This document shows, in pieces, positions 1-9,125 of a stretch of 27,389 nucleotides of DNA. The number at the start of each line of letters is the position of its first letter. Position 1 is the first letter of the stretch. The notes under the pieces were generated by a model. That model saw only the letters and a list, made by a program, of their open reading frames with translations. It made no database searches and had not been told where the DNA came from. Origin of the DNA: a phage; assembly GCA_011967385.1 (NCBI GenBank), contig GCA_011967385.1_4516.1, one strand, 5' to 3'. The position numbers and the translations under genes are program-made.

Positions 1-90
1 TAAAGCCAACCATGTTCCAGTGAAAGAACATGCAATGTAAAAAACCGTATCACAAATTGTTTTTAGTACAATAAGAAGTGCATTTTTCAT
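1..90 (-). CDS. Partial small hydrophobic protein; only the N-terminus is in the window (MKNALLIVLKTICDTVFYIACSF...), gene continues past the window start
   Basis: ATG at 88-90 on minus strand preceded by GAGG Shine-Dalgarno; hydrophobic N-terminus; not in ORF track because truncated. Confidence 0.3.
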   Translation of the reverse strand, partial: MKNALLIVLKTICDTVFYIACSFTGTWLAL

Positions 91-169
91 AAGTACCTCA
101 ATGCAATTGAAAATATTATACAAATCATAGGGATACTAAGCAACCATATTCCGATCCACATTTTAGAGC

Positions 170-433
170 TCATATCTCAACTTCCGCGAGTTCCATATAT
201 CCTTTGTTGATAACCTCTTTAAGGTCTTTAGAAAGAATAACATCAAAATGGTCGTTCATATGTCCATTAACTAAACGAGTTATTTCGGCTTCGGATGACA
301 TATAAGGCACGTCTGAGTCCCAATGAGATAGACCTAAATGAGTATAAATCATCCCTTCGTCATCTGCGGTGTTGTACATTGAAACAAACTCACCTGTCAC
401 TTTATGTTTTGCGTAGAAAAATTTAAATTTCAT
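170..433 (-). CDS. Hypothetical early protein, 87 aa
   Basis: ORF track; strong SD AGAGGA upstream of ATG; early-type promoter immediately upstream at 461-490. Confidence 0.55.
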   Translation of the reverse strand: MKFKFFYAKHKVTGEFVSMYNTADDEGMIYTHLGLSHWDSDVPYMSSEAEITRLVNGHMNDHFDVILSKDLKEVINKGYMELAEVEI

Positions 434-460
434 GATGTTATCCTCTTTTAGATAGGGACT

Positions 461-490
461 ACTGTATCATAGTCCTACTTAGTTGTAAAC
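461..490 (-). promoter_or_regulatory. T4-early / sigma70-type promoter: -35 TTTACA, 17-nt spacer, extended -10 TGaTACAGT
   Basis: Minus-strand sequence TGTTTACAactaagtaggactaTGaTACAGT upstream of ORF 170..433. Confidence 0.5.
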
Positions 491-502
491 ACTTTTATGA
501 AA

Positions 503-1060
503 TTAAAGTTGAAGATACCACCCGTTGTAGTTGCTCTTGCGGACGATTTTCTTTAGGTCTTCATGGTCTCCCACGAACTTTATAGAATAAGAGAAGACGT
601 CAGGTGAGGTTTCTTTGACATTCAATATAATAATACAGTCTGCAACTCGATGATTCAGGAATGGCCCTATGTTGATTCCGTTGCCACCCGGATAATCACC
701 ACTGTATCCTGTGGTAACAGAAATCCATTTAGAATCCATCTGATGGGTCTTGACTTCTACACGAATTCCACAATATTTAGGATGGGCTAACACGTCCCAT
801 GCATATGTGTACGGGTCTTCTACGTCTTCATTACCTTTATTAACATATCCGTCTAGCCAATTTGCTACTACATACTCTGCAAAGACTGCAACCTTACAAC
901 GTCGAACTACATCTTCTTTGTTTTGGTCTGGATTTTGGCTCAATGAATATCGAGCAGTGTCAGCAATCTTCACCTTCATTTCACTAGTCAAAAACTCATT
1001 CGACAGGATAAATGTCGGAAGATTCTTCAGTCTCAACAGTCCCAAGTTCGTCTTTACCAT
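503..1060 (-). CDS. Hypothetical protein, about 186 aa from the internal ATG (MVKTNLGL...); occupies the position downstream of rIIB where T4 has denB (185 aa), identity not verified
   Basis: ORF track 503..1123; start moved to ATG at 1058-1060 which has an AGAGG SD; start is ambiguous because of overlap with ORF 996..1283. Confidence 0.45.
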   Translation of the reverse strand: MVKTNLGLLRLKNLPTFILSNEFLTSEMKVKIADTARYSLSQNPDQNKEDVVRRCKVAVFAEYVVANWLDGYVNKGNEDVEDPYTYAWDVLAHPKYCGIRVEVKTHQMDSKWISVTTGYSGDYPGGNGINIGPFLNHRVADCIIILNVKETSPDVFSYSIKFVGDHEDLKKIVRKSNYNGWYLQL

Positions 1061-1283
1061 AGATACCTCTGATGTGTAGTTCGCCAAAATAAATGCGGTC
1101 TCCTTCTTCAAGATAGTTAGCATCTACAGGCGGAATTTCAATAACAACTTCGTCGCATTCTAACCAGCCGTAGTGTGCATCACCAGGATGTTTTACCAAT
1201 TTAGCACAATAAACTGATTTACACTTATGATGACCACGAAGATTAGCAATTTTGGATTCTGATACGTCAAATGGATGAATCAT
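996..1283 (-). CDS. Hypothetical small protein, about 95 aa (MIHPFDVSESK...)
   Basis: ORF track 996..1334; the N-terminal extension runs through the rIIB terminator hairpin so the start is placed at the ATG at 1281-1283 with a GGGG SD; overlaps the next ORF in another frame. Confidence 0.35.
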   Translation of the reverse strand: MIHPFDVSESKIANLRGHHKCKSVYCAKLVKHPGDAHYGWLECDEVVIEIPPVDANYLEEGDRIYFGELHIRGIYGKDELGTVETEESSDIYPVE

Positions 1284-1293
1284 AATTACCCCT

Positions 1294-1318
1294 AAAGAAA
1301 AAGGGGACCGAAGTCCCC
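1294..1318 (-). terminator. Rho-independent terminator after rIIB: 6-bp GC stem, UUCG tetraloop, U-tract
   Basis: Minus-strand GGGGACttcgGTCCCCtttttcttt. Confidence 0.6.
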
Positions 1319-1323
1319 AATTA

Positions 1324-2271
1324 TTATTCTGCAAATAATTCAGTAACGTCTGAAATTACTTCATAACGGCAAGTACGCATCTTAGCATCACCGTAGTCAA
1401 CCGGGATGGATACAACATCGCGTGGATGAACTTTAACCTTAACAACTTTATCTGAGCTAGAACCAAAGTAACGAATATATGATTTAGCGCAAACATGTAG
1501 ACCACGTGAGCAGGTTTGTGTATCATCATCGTTAACACGAGTACGAGGCATTGAAACAACTTTACCTGGTGAGTTATCAAATGTACCGCTATAGCAATCT
1601 AAATAATCTTTACGAACTACTTTCCACGCGTAGAAATGCCCATCTTCAGTGATTTCAATATCGTTTGCAACCAAGAAGTCGAATAAACGTTGTACAGCTT
1701 TTTCGCTTGGGTTTTCTAACAAGTTTTCAAGGAATGGCAGATAGAATTTAAAGTCTTCGCCTTTTTCCATGGAATCAATAATACGATTAACCAGGCCAGA
1801 ACGAATCTCTATACCTTGATAAAATAAACTACCACCTTCAATAACAACATTACCGTCAACAAACTTACTAATAGCTTTCTTGATGTTAATAAGTTCGACA
1901 GCTTTACTAAGGTTTCCTGCGACCAGATTAGCTTTAATTTCTTCAAAATTTGCATGACTTGATGGGGTCGCATTGTATGCTACGCGTCCTTCAATAATTG
2001 AAATAAATTTAGATGACGCGTTCCATACGATTTCAGGACGATGTCCGCCGATAATAGGTTCATCATTTTCTGGAACTTCTTCGATTACATAAGAGGCATC
2101 GTTTGCTTCAGGGACAACGCCTTCTGCTTTAAAATTCTTAACAATCTTACGAAGAGTATCTGTTGAAATGTCGAAGTAATCGGCAATTTCTTTACGAGTC
2201 CATTTGCCTGATTCAACCAGGCCGTAAGCTTCTAACTGTTCTTCTTGGGACAAGCATTTGATATTGTACAT
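1324..2271 (-). CDS. rIIB: rIIB protein (anti-exclusion membrane-associated protein)
   Basis: 315 aa; high recalled identity to T4 rIIB (MYNIKCL..., C-terminal ...TQTCSRGLHVC.KSYIR.FGSS...VVKVKVHPRDVVSIP); position downstream of rIIA. Confidence 0.9.
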   Translation of the reverse strand: MYNIKCLSQEEQLEAYGLVESGKWTRKEIADYFDISTDTLRKIVKNFKAEGVVPEANDASYVIEEVPENDEPIIGGHRPEIVWNASSKFISIIEGRVAYNATPSSHANFEEIKANLVAGNLSKAVELINIKKAISKFVDGNVVIEGGSLFYQGIEIRSGLVNRIIDSMEKGEDFKFYLPFLENLLENPSEKAVQRLFDFLVANDIEITEDGHFYAWKVVRKDYLDCYSGTFDNSPGKVVSMPRTRVNDDDTQTCSRGLHVCAKSYIRYFGSSSDKVVKVKVHPRDVVSIPVDYGDAKMRTCRYEVISDVTELFAE

Positions 2272-2280
2272 AATGTTTCC

Positions 2281-4494
2281 TTATTTGGCCGCTTCCACGG
2301 CCTTCATGAATTTAACGATTTGAGCGACCTGTTCTTTGGAAAGAGTACCACGTCGTCCCATGTAGTCTGACACAATATGATAATTGGTTTCGAATTCAAT
2401 AACCATTTTATCATCATTATCGTAAGCATTATCTTTAAGCTTATCGAAAATTTTAGCACACAATTCTAACTTTTTATTCAGTTCTCTGTTAGTAGCACCT
2501 GAGAATCGATTCCATCCCCAACGATTATTTACCGTTGAGAGTTTTGCAAAATCTTTACTGATTTCTTTGTTTTTAGAGCTAAAATACTTACTAAGGAAGT
2601 TAAGCTCTTCATTACGAGTAATATGATTCAAATAAGGTTGAGCTCTACGACTTGGTGATACATACTCATCATAATCTACTTTATCGATTAGCATAATATA
2701 GTCGTTAATTGATTTTTCGAACAAGCATTCTACTTCGCCAAGTTTACGAACTTTCTTAGCAATCTGTGGACGAACTACAGTGAACTCTTTAATACCTGAC
2801 AAATCAGCAATACGGGTCAAGAAATTGGAGTCATAGTTCAACCAACCTTTATCTGCGTCAAGACATTCAGCATTAGAACGATTACGAACTATAGCATAAC
2901 CTTGGATTTCATCTGCTTCACTTGCCGGAATAAAGAGGTCTTCTGATACCCAAACATCGTTTTCATTCTTAAAGAATCGATGAGCACTTGGCGATTTAGG
3001 ACGAGGCTCATTAGTCCGTTTCCTGACTTCAATCCATGGCTTAACGATTTGTAAAAGCTCTGAAGTCTTGTACATGTTAATGTTGTCGCCATCAAAGATA
3101 ACTTTAAGGCGTTCCAGAAGTTTCATTGCATCTTCGTCTGTAGGGTCAACGAATAGTACGCTTTTACCAAAACCGCGTGGAACTTTACCGGTTAATTTAA
3201 CCTCGTCTTTAGACATTTCAATTGAATTAAGAGCTCGCATTAATGGAACGCGTCCCTTAACGTCGTCAATAACAATTTCAACGTTTTTAATGTTAATGCC
3301 AATCAGGCTGTTAATTGAAATAGTTGATGATGAGCTACCACTTTCACGAATACGACGAAGACGAGGGGATTCAACGATATCGTATACGACGCCAAGATTA
3401 CACCACTCAGGCCCCATTTTAAAACGTTTGTACAACTCAGAATAAGTTAGTTGTTCTTTAGAGTATTTCAGTGATTCAATATTAGACCCGGCCTTTTCCA
3501 TGTATTTACGAGCGGTATAACCAAGAGAATCAATTTCACGGAACACATGACGTGGGTATTTACAATCAATCCATTTCTTAGAATCTTCAGCGAACAATTT
3601 AGCATCGATTTCTGCAACACGTTTATGGATATTTGCTACTGTACGTTTATCAAATGACAATGCTTCACGAGACGGGGCTACATCTAGTTCACCCATAGGG
3701 AATTTAATATAAGCTGTAGTGCATCGCGTCATCATCCATGTTTGTTCTTTAATAACACTTCCGATTGGATATACAATACCACCATAAACAGCCATGATAT
3801 TACCACGTTCACCCCATGGAGCTTCCTTGGCCAAATATACATCATCAAATTCTGGGAAGTATTTAATATCTTTAACACCACGAACTTCTGCAATATCACC
3901 TAGAGGACGCATAACATATGCAATTTCGGATGCGAATTTTTCAAAATCTTCTGGGTTAACCGGTACGACTACTTCTACACCCGTACGGTCATCAGGACCC
4001 ATCTTATCTACAAAGGTTGGCTTAATTTGAGGACCCGTGTCATCTTGGTAGATTACGTAACCACGAACTTCACCGTTGTGATAAGACGTAAGGTTAAACG
4101 TATCGGTATATGCTAGCGGAGCTTTAGAGCCTAGTCCGAATCCACCAATGAAATCGTTGCTCGATGTTTTAGTTGAAGCAAAATATGAGTTATAGATTCC
4201 TGGCTCTTCGTCATTACCTCGAATAGTGAAATCGCTCATACCAGGACCAAAGTCTCGAACTACAAAGCGTGGGTCTAAACGACCTGGAGCCTGAACAATA
4301 AACTTATCAGTGCAACCGTTAAGAATTTGTCCATCAATACAGTTTGTGATTAATTCACGTACACAAGCCAATTCTTTGTTTGTATAAAGGTCATTAGACA
4401 AAATCTTATAAACTTTGCTATTGCCTTGAATAGTGAATGCTGTGCTCTTACCGCCTGAACCAATAATCGTTTCTTTAGCCGTTTCAATAATCAT
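2281..4494 (-). CDS. rIIA: rIIA protein (GHKL ATPase-like)
   Basis: 737 aa; N-terminal region closely matches recalled T4 rIIA (...LYTNK...VRELITN..., PGRLDPRFV.RDFGPGMSDF, FIGGFGLGSK). Confidence 0.92.
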   Translation of the reverse strand: MIIETAKETIIGSGGKSTAFTIQGNSKVYKILSNDLYTNKELACVRELITNCIDGQILNGCTDKFIVQAPGRLDPRFVVRDFGPGMSDFTIRGNDEEPGIYNSYFASTKTSSNDFIGGFGLGSKAPLAYTDTFNLTSYHNGEVRGYVIYQDDTGPQIKPTFVDKMGPDDRTGVEVVVPVNPEDFEKFASEIAYVMRPLGDIAEVRGVKDIKYFPEFDDVYLAKEAPWGERGNIMAVYGGIVYPIGSVIKEQTWMMTRCTTAYIKFPMGELDVAPSREALSFDKRTVANIHKRVAEIDAKLFAEDSKKWIDCKYPRHVFREIDSLGYTARKYMEKAGSNIESLKYSKEQLTYSELYKRFKMGPEWCNLGVVYDIVESPRLRRIRESGSSSSTISINSLIGINIKNVEIVIDDVKGRVPLMRALNSIEMSKDEVKLTGKVPRGFGKSVLFVDPTDEDAMKLLERLKVIFDGDNINMYKTSELLQIVKPWIEVRKRTNEPRPKSPSAHRFFKNENDVWVSEDLFIPASEADEIQGYAIVRNRSNAECLDADKGWLNYDSNFLTRIADLSGIKEFTVVRPQIAKKVRKLGEVECLFEKSINDYIMLIDKVDYDEYVSPSRRAQPYLNHITRNEELNFLSKYFSSKNKEISKDFAKLSTVNNRWGWNRFSGATNRELNKKLELCAKIFDKLKDNAYDNDDKMVIEFETNYHIVSDYMGRRGTLSKEQVAQIVKFMKAVEAAK

Positions 4495-4506
4495 ATTTTT
4501 CTCTCA

Positions 4507-4707
4507 TCACAAGTTACGTTTAAAAATTTCTGCTACTTCAAGAAGTTCTTCTTTAGTAGCTGTATCGGTTTGTATTTTATATCGAATTTCTTTAAAGCGT
4601 TCTTTAAAGGACTCTGCTGACTCGATATCAAAAAATCTTTGGATAAGCCGGAATTCCCGGAGCACTGCTTTATCAAAAAGTTCCAAGTCCACGTTATATG
4701 TTCTCAT
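4507..4707 (-). CDS. Small acidic protein, 66 aa, in the position of T4 rIIA.1
   Basis: ORF track; placed directly upstream of rIIA; identity inferred from synteny only. Confidence 0.5.
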   Translation of the reverse strand: MRTYNVDLELFDKAVLREFRLIQRFFDIESAESFKERFKEIRYKIQTDTATKEELLEVAEIFKRNL

Positions 4708-4734
4708 AATATTCTCTTCAGTAGATTCCTAGGG

Positions 4735-4785
4735 CACTATTACTAAAGACCATATAATCTATCATCTTATGTGTAATAGTGCCTC
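4735..4785 (-). promoter_or_regulatory. 11-bp perfect inverted repeat (GGCACTATTAC ... GTAATAGTGCC) with a 29-nt AT-rich spacer, in the intergenic region upstream of the rIIA.1-like gene
   Basis: Read directly from the sequence; the spacer contains -10-like TATAAT/TATGAT elements. Confidence 0.4.
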
Positions 4786-4799
4786 AGGCGATTCAGGAT

Positions 4800-5900
4800 T
4801 TACGCTGTGAAGATTTTATCCCACATCGCAACAACTGCATCTCGGTTATACTTCTTCCATACTGCTTCAGCACGTTTAACTCGAGCTTCGTATGTGTCAG
4901 TGAATTCTAATACAGCCTTTGTGTAAAGCGCAACTACTTCTTTCTTAGGAGTAGAGGAATCAATTTCTACACGCACAGTATCTGGGTCGTATTCGAATGT
5001 CGCATGCGGATAATCCTTAAAAACTAGCTGAATTACAGGGACACCTTTAGAGATGGCTTCAATAGAACTATTCTCTACCGTACCCGTGTCAGGACACGTA
5101 TTAATAAGTGCTTTAGCTGTTTTAAGACGTTCCATGATTTCACTGTGTGGAGCATCAATAATAACAGGATACTTAGCTGGTGGTGCCCATTTGCTTGGAC
5201 AATAACCAATACCATTTTCGCCTAGTGCTTTAATCGCTTCAAGAGCAACATCAGTACGACGCATTTTAGTGTCATAACGTTGTGCACTAATAATCAGATC
5301 AGTCGCCGGAAGAACTTCAGGTTTCTCATTCAAACAAATAACCGGATAATCTTCGGCTTCAAACAACGGATTTGCTCGCCAATAATCATAATCAATTTTG
5401 TCAGTCAGACCTGAAGTCATATAACAATATTTGCGTTCAAATTCACGGAAGGCTTTAGTAGGAGCATAACTCTTACCACCGTTCTTATGAATTTGAATAG
5501 TCTGGTCCCAAATTTGAACAATGCCACGAGATACCGGCTCAAATGGTGTTGCCATAAAATTCTTATGAACTTTAGAGAGACCTGCGTCTTTAATTGCCTG
5601 AACGGTTAGTTTAGTCGGTTCCATTGTAACAACAAAATCGTATTCATGGATGCCGGCTAGTTCAACAATCTTACGAGCCATAGTATAACTCATACCTAGA
5701 CTGAATTTAGTCAGATGACCAACAGGATGGTGTGTAACTTTCCAGTCACCAAACGTGTCATTATCAAAGCCGATATAATCAATATCAGCACCGATGGACA
5801 CAAGATATTTCAACACATTTAAATGTACTGCTTCAAGACCACCTTGTACACGTTCTGGGTTAAACGGGACTGCGCGAGATGGGATAAACATAACTTTCAT
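4800..5900 (-). CDS. GT-B fold glycosyltransferase (GT4-like), candidate DNA sugar transferase
   Basis: 366 aa; N-terminal MKVMFIP...ERVQGGLEAVHLNVLKYL and C-terminal ...TGTVENSSIEAISKGVPVI resemble GT4 donor-binding motifs; AAGG SD; sits between 39 and rIIA.1 where T4 has no such gene. Confidence 0.7.
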   Translation of the reverse strand: MKVMFIPSRAVPFNPERVQGGLEAVHLNVLKYLVSIGADIDYIGFDNDTFGDWKVTHHPVGHLTKFSLGMSYTMARKIVELAGIHEYDFVVTMEPTKLTVQAIKDAGLSKVHKNFMATPFEPVSRGIVQIWDQTIQIHKNGGKSYAPTKAFREFERKYCYMTSGLTDKIDYDYWRANPLFEAEDYPVICLNEKPEVLPATDLIISAQRYDTKMRRTDVALEAIKALGENGIGYCPSKWAPPAKYPVIIDAPHSEIMERLKTAKALINTCPDTGTVENSSIEAISKGVPVIQLVFKDYPHATFEYDPDTVRVEIDSSTPKKEVVALYTKAVLEFTDTYEARVKRAEAVWKKYNRDAVVAMWDKIFTA

Positions 5901-5914
5901 AATTAAGCCTTATT

Positions 5915-5944
5915 AAAATTAAAATGAAGCTCCCGAAGGAGCTT
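5915..5944 (-). terminator. UUCG-tetraloop hairpin plus U-rich tract directly after the gene 39 stop (terminator or attenuator before the glycosyltransferase gene)
   Basis: Minus-strand AAGCTCCttcgGGAGCTTcattttaatttt. Confidence 0.5.
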
Positions 5945-7760
5945 AGGACATCCATTCTTTACGAAGTTCTGAATCATCACCCAACAACATTTCAAAGAGT
6001 TCTTTCCAATTTTCAGGAAGTTTAACTACGTCGTACACAGGGTTTTGAATCATTTCACGATATTCTGACTTTTCAAGGGAGCCTAATCCCTTGATGTATC
6101 GAATACTATGCTTAGGCAGTGTATCTTTAGCTTCTTCATACTCAGCTACAGTATAAAACCATTTTTGAGATTTGCCAATTTGTGCAATAATTACAGGTGT
6201 TTTAACAAAGCGAATACGTCCTTGTTCAAACAATTCAGGCCAATTACTAAAGAAAGCAAGCAAAGCCGGATAGATACTTCCAAGACCGTCATGATCGGCA
6301 TCGGTCATAATTGCAATATTACGATAGTTCGTATTCTCTGCCTTTTCGCCAAGAATAAGACCTGTGATAGCACAGATATCAAAGAGCTCTTTGTTCTTCA
6401 TCATATCGGCATATGACATACCCCAGCTATTCATCACCTTACCACGTAATGGGAATCCGCCATGTAGTTCACGGTCACGAACATCAATGAGATATCCAAT
6501 TGCCGAATCACCTTCTGTTAAAAACAATGTCGTATCTGCATCTTTACCGCATTGGTTAGCTTTAATATGCTTATGAACCTTAGCTTTAGTGGCCTTTTTA
6601 GCTGCTTTAGTTTCTGCAGCCTTTTCTGCTGCCAATTTACGAGCTAATGCTGCTTCAACAATAGGCATAATCAAGGCTTCGTTTTTAAGAAGTGCCTGAG
6701 CAATTTTCTTAGCATCTAATTGGATATGATTACGAATATCACCATATGTTGACGTTAAACGTTCTTTAGTCTGAGAATCAAAACGCATGTTGCTCATGTC
6801 TCTAATAAACATCAACATTGTGAGGCATTCTTTAACACGAGCTTTAGTGACTTCAATACCCTTATATTTCTTTTTAATACCGGGCAAAAGATGTTCGCAG
6901 ATATCATCCATTACACATTCAACATGATGACCACCATTTTTAGTATGGATGTTATTCACATAAGTTAAATGACGGAAGCCATCTGGTGATGTTGTGAATG
7001 CTATAGAGACTTTATCATTTTCTTGAATGATGTTATCTTCACCAAATTGTTTAGCAAATCGTTTAAAATTACCATCAACCTTTTTACCATTAAATGTGAA
7101 CTTGATATCAGGATAAACGACTGCCAATGTTTGAAGTCGGTCTAAAGTAATATCTAAATAAATTTGAGATAAATTATGCTCTTCAAATGAAGTGAAATCA
7201 GGAGTGAAGATTACTTTAGTGCCTTTACCTTTAGATTTCTTAGAAGACCATGATTTGTTTTCCATTCCGTTTGAACAGTTAACAGTGATTTCATTTTCGC
7301 CATCTGACGTGATGCCTGTAAACAACGTAGAGAAGATATTAGTTAAACTACTCCCGACGCCGTTCATACCACCAGTCTTGCGTTCAGAGTCATCACCAAA
7401 GTTACCACCGGCCTTTGGAATAGTCCAGGCTGCTACAGGCCCAGGAATTTGTTCACCCGTTTGGTCAGTAACTAAACCTTGAGGAATACCACGTCCGTTA
7501 TCTTCCACCGAAACTTGATTATTTTTAATTTGCACATCAATTTTATTTGCAAACTTAAATGATGTACGAATAGCTTCATCAACCGAGTTGTCAATAATCT
7601 CATCGATTAATTTAACCAGACCTGGAACATATTCAACTTGTTGATATTTACCAAACAAAAAACGCTCGTGGGCTTCTTTAGCAGAAGAACCAATATACAT
7701 ACCACTACGTTTCTTAATATGTTCTACATCTGACAGTACCTTAATTTCATTTTTAATCAT
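5943..7760 (-). CDS. 39: DNA topoisomerase II large subunit, continuous 39+60 form (GyrB-like ATPase plus the segment that is gp60 in T4)
   Basis: 605 aa; N-terminus MIKNEIKVLSDVEHIKKRSGMYIGS matches T4 gp39; C-terminal ...AIMTDADHDGLGSIYP...WPELFEQGRIRFVKTPVIIAQ... matches T4 gp60; single uninterrupted ORF. Confidence 0.92.
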   Translation of the reverse strand: MIKNEIKVLSDVEHIKKRSGMYIGSSAKEAHERFLFGKYQQVEYVPGLVKLIDEIIDNSVDEAIRTSFKFANKIDVQIKNNQVSVEDNGRGIPQGLVTDQTGEQIPGPVAAWTIPKAGGNFGDDSERKTGGMNGVGSSLTNIFSTLFTGITSDGENEITVNCSNGMENKSWSSKKSKGKGTKVIFTPDFTSFEEHNLSQIYLDITLDRLQTLAVVYPDIKFTFNGKKVDGNFKRFAKQFGEDNIIQENDKVSIAFTTSPDGFRHLTYVNNIHTKNGGHHVECVMDDICEHLLPGIKKKYKGIEVTKARVKECLTMLMFIRDMSNMRFDSQTKERLTSTYGDIRNHIQLDAKKIAQALLKNEALIMPIVEAALARKLAAEKAAETKAAKKATKAKVHKHIKANQCGKDADTTLFLTEGDSAIGYLIDVRDRELHGGFPLRGKVMNSWGMSYADMMKNKELFDICAITGLILGEKAENTNYRNIAIMTDADHDGLGSIYPALLAFFSNWPELFEQGRIRFVKTPVIIAQIGKSQKWFYTVAEYEEAKDTLPKHSIRYIKGLGSLEKSEYREMIQNPVYDVVKLPENWKELFEMLLGDDSELRKEWMS

Positions 7761-7800
7761 GTTGTCTCCTCGTTATGAAGGTATTCTATCATCCGAAATC

Positions 7801-7825
7801 TAAAGCAAAAAGGGCCGAAGCCCTT
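7801..7825 (-). terminator. Rho-independent terminator after the 140-aa gene: GC stem, UUCG loop, U-tract
   Basis: Minus-strand AAGGGCttcgGCCCTTtttgcttta; stem overlaps the stop codon. Confidence 0.55.
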
Positions 7826-8246
7826 ATTTAAATTTAATTTTCTGAAGTGCATCAATTGCAGCCAAACGACCTTGTTCACTTTTAACTGTAATGACCACAT
7901 CGCCTGATACGATCACCGAACCATCAACAAATTCTATAGAGCCTTTTTTGAAATCAACTGACGTAGGTTCCGGAACTTCTTCAAAGAATTTAAATTCTGC
8001 ACCATAAAGCAGAATATCACCTTGCATACTATGAATAGTTCGGCCATAATCGCCTACGGCTTCTACAGCAATAACCGAAACGCCGTAACCAATCATCTCT
8101 TCCACAATAAAATCTTTAGACAATAAAGTAGTATGCAGATTAGTGTTAAGACGTTTACCAGTTGTATTAAGAATTCTCAAGAAATTATCTTCTTGACCTT
8201 TGATAATACGGTATTTCTTGCCAATTTCAAAACCTTTAAAAGCCAT
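7824..8246 (-). CDS. Hypothetical protein, 140 aa (size and position compatible with T4 goF, unverified)
   Basis: ORF track; GAAGGGA SD; followed by a terminator hairpin. Confidence 0.55.
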   Translation of the reverse strand: MAFKGFEIGKKYRIIKGQEDNFLRILNTTGKRLNTNLHTTLLSKDFIVEEMIGYGVSVIAVEAVGDYGRTIHSMQGDILLYGAEFKFFEEVPEPTSVDFKKGSIEFVDGSVIVSGDVVITVKSEQGRLAAIDALQKIKFK

Positions 8247-8248
8247 AA

Positions 8249-8428
8249 TTATCCCTTCTTAAGTAAGTCGTAAAAACCACCGTTCACATGTTTAGGAGCA
8301 GAAACCCGACGAGTAGACAGACGATGACATTCAGGGCAAACATCGTTTTCTCGTTCAGAAATTCTTTTAATTTTTTCATATTCATGACCACAATCTTCAG
8401 ATTGACATTTATAGTCGTATAACGGCAT
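8249..8428 (-). CDS. Small zinc-ribbon protein, 59 aa (CxxC...CxxC, FmdB-like)
   Basis: My translation of the minus strand: MPLYDYKCQSEDCGHEYEKIKRISERENDVCPECHRLSTRR...; below the 60-aa track threshold; stop 2 nt before the next start. Confidence 0.45.
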   Translation of the reverse strand: MPLYDYKCQSEDCGHEYEKIKRISERENDVCPECHRLSTRRVSAPKHVNGGFYDLLKKG

Positions 8429-8430
8429 TA

Positions 8431-8841
8431 TTATTCCTTAAAGTGAGCTTTCAACATTTGATACAAAGACCATGCCTGGTCGTTATTTTCGATAGTAATA
8501 GTCATCACAGGAAATTCAGACAATTCGTCAAGTTCACCAGAATCTTGCTCTTCGGACGCTTGATACGGATTTCCAACTTCATCAAAAAACTCTGCTTCAC
8601 TAGTAGAGAGCCAGATAAAGTTTTCATCAAGAATATCACCACCAGTTGCGTATCCAACCATGCCAGTAGATGTCACAATTTTAGTAGGTCGTCCAAGATG
8701 GTCAACATCTAATACTTTAAATGGTTCCATGCCAAGACGTCGTGCATAAATCCCATTATCAGTGTGGTTTTTAATAAACTCTTCTTGGGCACGTTTATCT
8801 TTAAATTGGTACCATGAGTTAACGCGGAATTTATTAGCCAT
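8431..8841 (-). CDS. Hypothetical acidic protein, about 136 aa (start at [11 protein letters not shown])
   Basis: ORF track 8431..8859; start placed at internal ATG overlapping the stop of the upstream gene. Confidence 0.55.
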   Translation of the reverse strand: MANKFRVNSWYQFKDKRAQEEFIKNHTDNGIYARRLGMEPFKVLDVDHLGRPTKIVTSTGMVGYATGGDILDENFIWLSTSEAEFFDEVGNPYQASEEQDSGELDELSEFPVMTITIENNDQAWSLYQMLKAHFKE

Positions 8842-9068
8842 TAGTAAGTTTCCTTCCAATAAGTTGTACCGTTTTCAGTGATTTCACGGAAGATACCATA
8901 GATAGGCATTTCATCACCGAGTTTTTCGTAAACGTAAACCACTTCGGTGTAGCATAAAAATTCGGTCCAGTTTTTCTGTACAACAACTAAATCAGGATTA
9001 AATAGAACATCTTCAAACTCATCGATGTTTGAATCGGTAGTTACGTTTTTAATGATTTGACGTTTCAT
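8841..9068 (-). CDS. Hypothetical protein, about 75 aa (start at MKRQIIKN)
   Basis: ORF track 8841..9113; the N-terminal extension crosses the promoter, so the start is set at the ATG with a GAGGAG SD. Confidence 0.5.
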   Translation of the reverse strand: MKRQIIKNVTTDSNIDEFEDVLFNPDLVVVQKNWTEFLCYTEVVYVYEKLGDEMPIYGIFREITENGTTYWKETY

Positions 9069-9096
9069 AATATTCTCCTCTTGTTTTGATAGGTCT

Positions 9097-9125
9097 ATAG
9101 TATCATAGCCCATAGTTGTTGTACA
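9097..9125 (-). promoter_or_regulatory. Early-type promoter: -35 TGTACA, 17-nt spacer, extended -10 TGaTACTAT
   Basis: Minus-strand TGTACAacaactatgggctaTGaTACTAT upstream of the 75-aa gene. Confidence 0.45.

Noticed and set aside
1356-1580. 74-aa minus-strand ORF overlapping rIIB in another frame, and similar embedded ORFs (2889..3095, 16824..17009, 14895..15104)
   Set aside because: They are fully embedded in or overlap strongly supported genes (rIIB, rIIA, soc, the ADP-ribosyltransferase gene), with hydrophobic or low-complexity translations and no independent start signals.
5901-5942. A gene 60-type translational bypass or mobA-like homing endonuclease between gene 39 and the next gene
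   Set aside because: The topoisomerase ORF is continuous through the gp60-homologous segment, and the short interval contains only a terminator-like hairpin and an SD.
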